From: the human T2T-CHM13v2.0 reference genome, Homo sapiens
Direction: 5' to 3' (one strand)
Assembly (NCBI RefSeq): GCF_009914755.1
Contig: NC_060943.1
Length of the DNA stretch: 64,000 nucleotides
In this document: positions 56,810 through 64,000 of the stretch, in pieces
Layout: every line of letters starts with the position of its first letter
How positions within the stretch are numbered: position 1 is the first letter of the stretch
Made by a program: the position numbers and the translations under genes
The notes under the pieces: generated by a model
Told to the model about the DNA's origin: nothing
The model's input: only the letters and a program-made list of their open reading frames with translations
Databases searched by the model: none

Positions 56810-57248
56810 CCGTACACCACCAGCCAGGTCTTTTTTTGCCAAAAGTAGATCAGGCCCAGAGCTGGGCAGAACTGCCCCTGGGTCAGGAGAGCAAATCGTC
56901 TCTGTCTTTTGGTCCTGGCTCCCTGGCCAGGCATCCTGGGGCCATTTGACTCCCAGGCTCAGGAAGGAGCTGGCTGAGCTGCAGTGAGTATGTTCTTCGT
57001 CTCTTTCCTCACCTTGGAATCTCAGACGGGAGCACCCTGGCTCCCACTTCAGACAGGAAGATTCTTACCTCCCTCATCAGACTAGCAGGCTCTTTGTCTC
57101 CCCACCAGTTTGAGGGGCTCCCCATTTCTATCATTCATTTGGAAGCTCATCAGCTCTCCCAGAAGGCATGGGAGCCCTTCAACACCCCCATCAGACTAGG
57201 ACTACCCATCTCCCCCATCAAATTAGAACTGCATTGTCTCACACATCA

Positions 57249-57569
<321 letters not shown>

Positions 57570-57919
57570 TCAGAATGTTGCTCCTTACCTCCCCTGGCAG
57601 ACTGGAAATATAGACTGGACACTCGTTCTTGCTGCACAGGACTGGAGCTTCTTATCTTCTTCATTGGATTTGGACAGTCCTGTCTCCCTCATGGGATTTG
57701 GTGAGAGCTCCTTAGTTTCCTTATTTTTCCCACTGTGTTGGGCCACCTTGTCCCCACCATCAGATTGGGGAACACCTTGTCTCCCAGTCAGACCAGAGGG
57801 GCGGACTCCTCTGCCCTTGCAAAGGTTCCTAGGTCCTTCTTACATCCATAGGAGGAACCATGCCTATTTTACCAAGAGGGAAACTGAGGCACAGAGAAAC
57901 AAAGCACCACTTCTCTGTC

Positions 57920-58235
57920 CAGCTGCAGATGCCTCCACCTCCCCCTCCGCCCGCTCCTCTGCCCCTGCCCTCCCCCGCCCCCGCCCCTGACCTGGGTAAC
58001 TCCCCTGGCACCGGGAGTAGGGGAATTTTGCCCTGCTGGCCTCTGCACCAACCACCTCCCCTTATCGGCAGCGTCGCCACCAGTGGCGGCCCAGGGTTAA
58101 AGTCCGGAGAGAGCTCCGGGCGCGAAGCGGATAGGGAGGGAGGAGTGGCGCCCAACCCAGAACGGGGACTCCCCGGAGGTCGAGCCCTCACGCTGCTGGG
58201 AGGAGAGGGGATGGGCAGGGCCGTGTCCCATGGTA
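57920..58235. promoter_or_regulatory. CpG-rich, GC-box-rich promoter/enhancer; probable start region of the antisense lncRNA annotated as CEACAM16-AS1
   Basis: Local CpG enrichment and CCGCCC/CCCCGCCCC Sp/KLF boxes. The lncRNA assignment comes from recalled annotation and is not provable from sequence. Confidence 0.6.
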
Positions 58236-58731
58236 AGGTGTGGGTTCAATCCTTCCTTTCTAGTTCCCGGCTGTGTGGTCTTGAACCTGGAACTTCACCC
58301 CAACTGGGAGCCTCAGCTTCTCCAGCTTTAAGGAGTCAGGGGCGTGAAAATGTCCAAGCTCTGGAGTCAGACTCCAGGAGTTTGAATGCTGGCTCCTATA
58401 ACCTGCTGTGTGAGATCTGGGGCCAGCGAGTGTGTCTCTCTCAGCCTCAGTTTCCCCAGCTGTGCAATGAGGATACCTAGTGGGTGGTGGTGAACGCTCC
58501 ATGAGTTTACGCACAAGAAAACCTTGGGACAGTGGCTGATAGTGGCGCCAGCAAGCCAGCATGCACCCCACCCTTTCCTTCCAAGAAAATTGCCTCCTAA
58601 ATCTATGATTGGTAACCTTCACCCCTCCCTCTTTGACCCACCTCCTAACCCAGGCCACCTGGTGTCTTGCTGCACAGCTGGTCTCCCTGCCCGCACCACA
58701 CCCAGAGGCGTCCTTGGAAACCCAACCCTGA

Positions 58732-64000
<5,269 letters not shown>

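Noticed and set aside
58070-58090. CTCF motif at cgccaccagtggcggc
   Set aside because: Several core mismatches in either orientation; kept only as a dyad.
57860-58480. 206-aa Pro/Gly-rich ORF (a possible BCL3-like N-terminus)
   Set aside because: GC-rich promoter sequence that begins in a MIR-like stretch; no ankyrin repeats or recognisable BCL3 sequence in the window.

Overview
Human/primate genomic DNA, very rich in Alu, L2 and MIR repeats, consistent with 19q13.31-q13.32 upstream of BCL3. It holds two complete + strand CEA-family genes. I reconstructed both exon by exon from GT-AG sites and reading frame. CEACAM19 has 8 coding exons (4673-16239) and encodes a 299/300 aa type I membrane protein with one IgV domain. 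CEACAM16 has 6 coding exons (34204-43255) and encodes a 425 aa secreted N1-A-B-N2 protein. A CpG/GC-box promoter-like element lies at ~57.9-58.2 kb. Most ORF-track entries are Alu or low-complexity artefacts. The most interesting observations are: (1) CEACAM16's symmetric N2 exon sits between two oppositely oriented arrays of the same ~42-bp L2-like minisatellite; (2) a NAGNAG acceptor makes or breaks a perfect ITAM in CEACAM19; (3) CEACAM19 exon 4 appears to be an exonised L2 3' end; (4) an ~82-bp locally templated insertion sits inside an Alu; (5) an orphan TCTCGCGAGA (BANP-type) element lies in CEACAM16 intron 2. Repeat boundaries and subfamily calls are approximate, read by eye.
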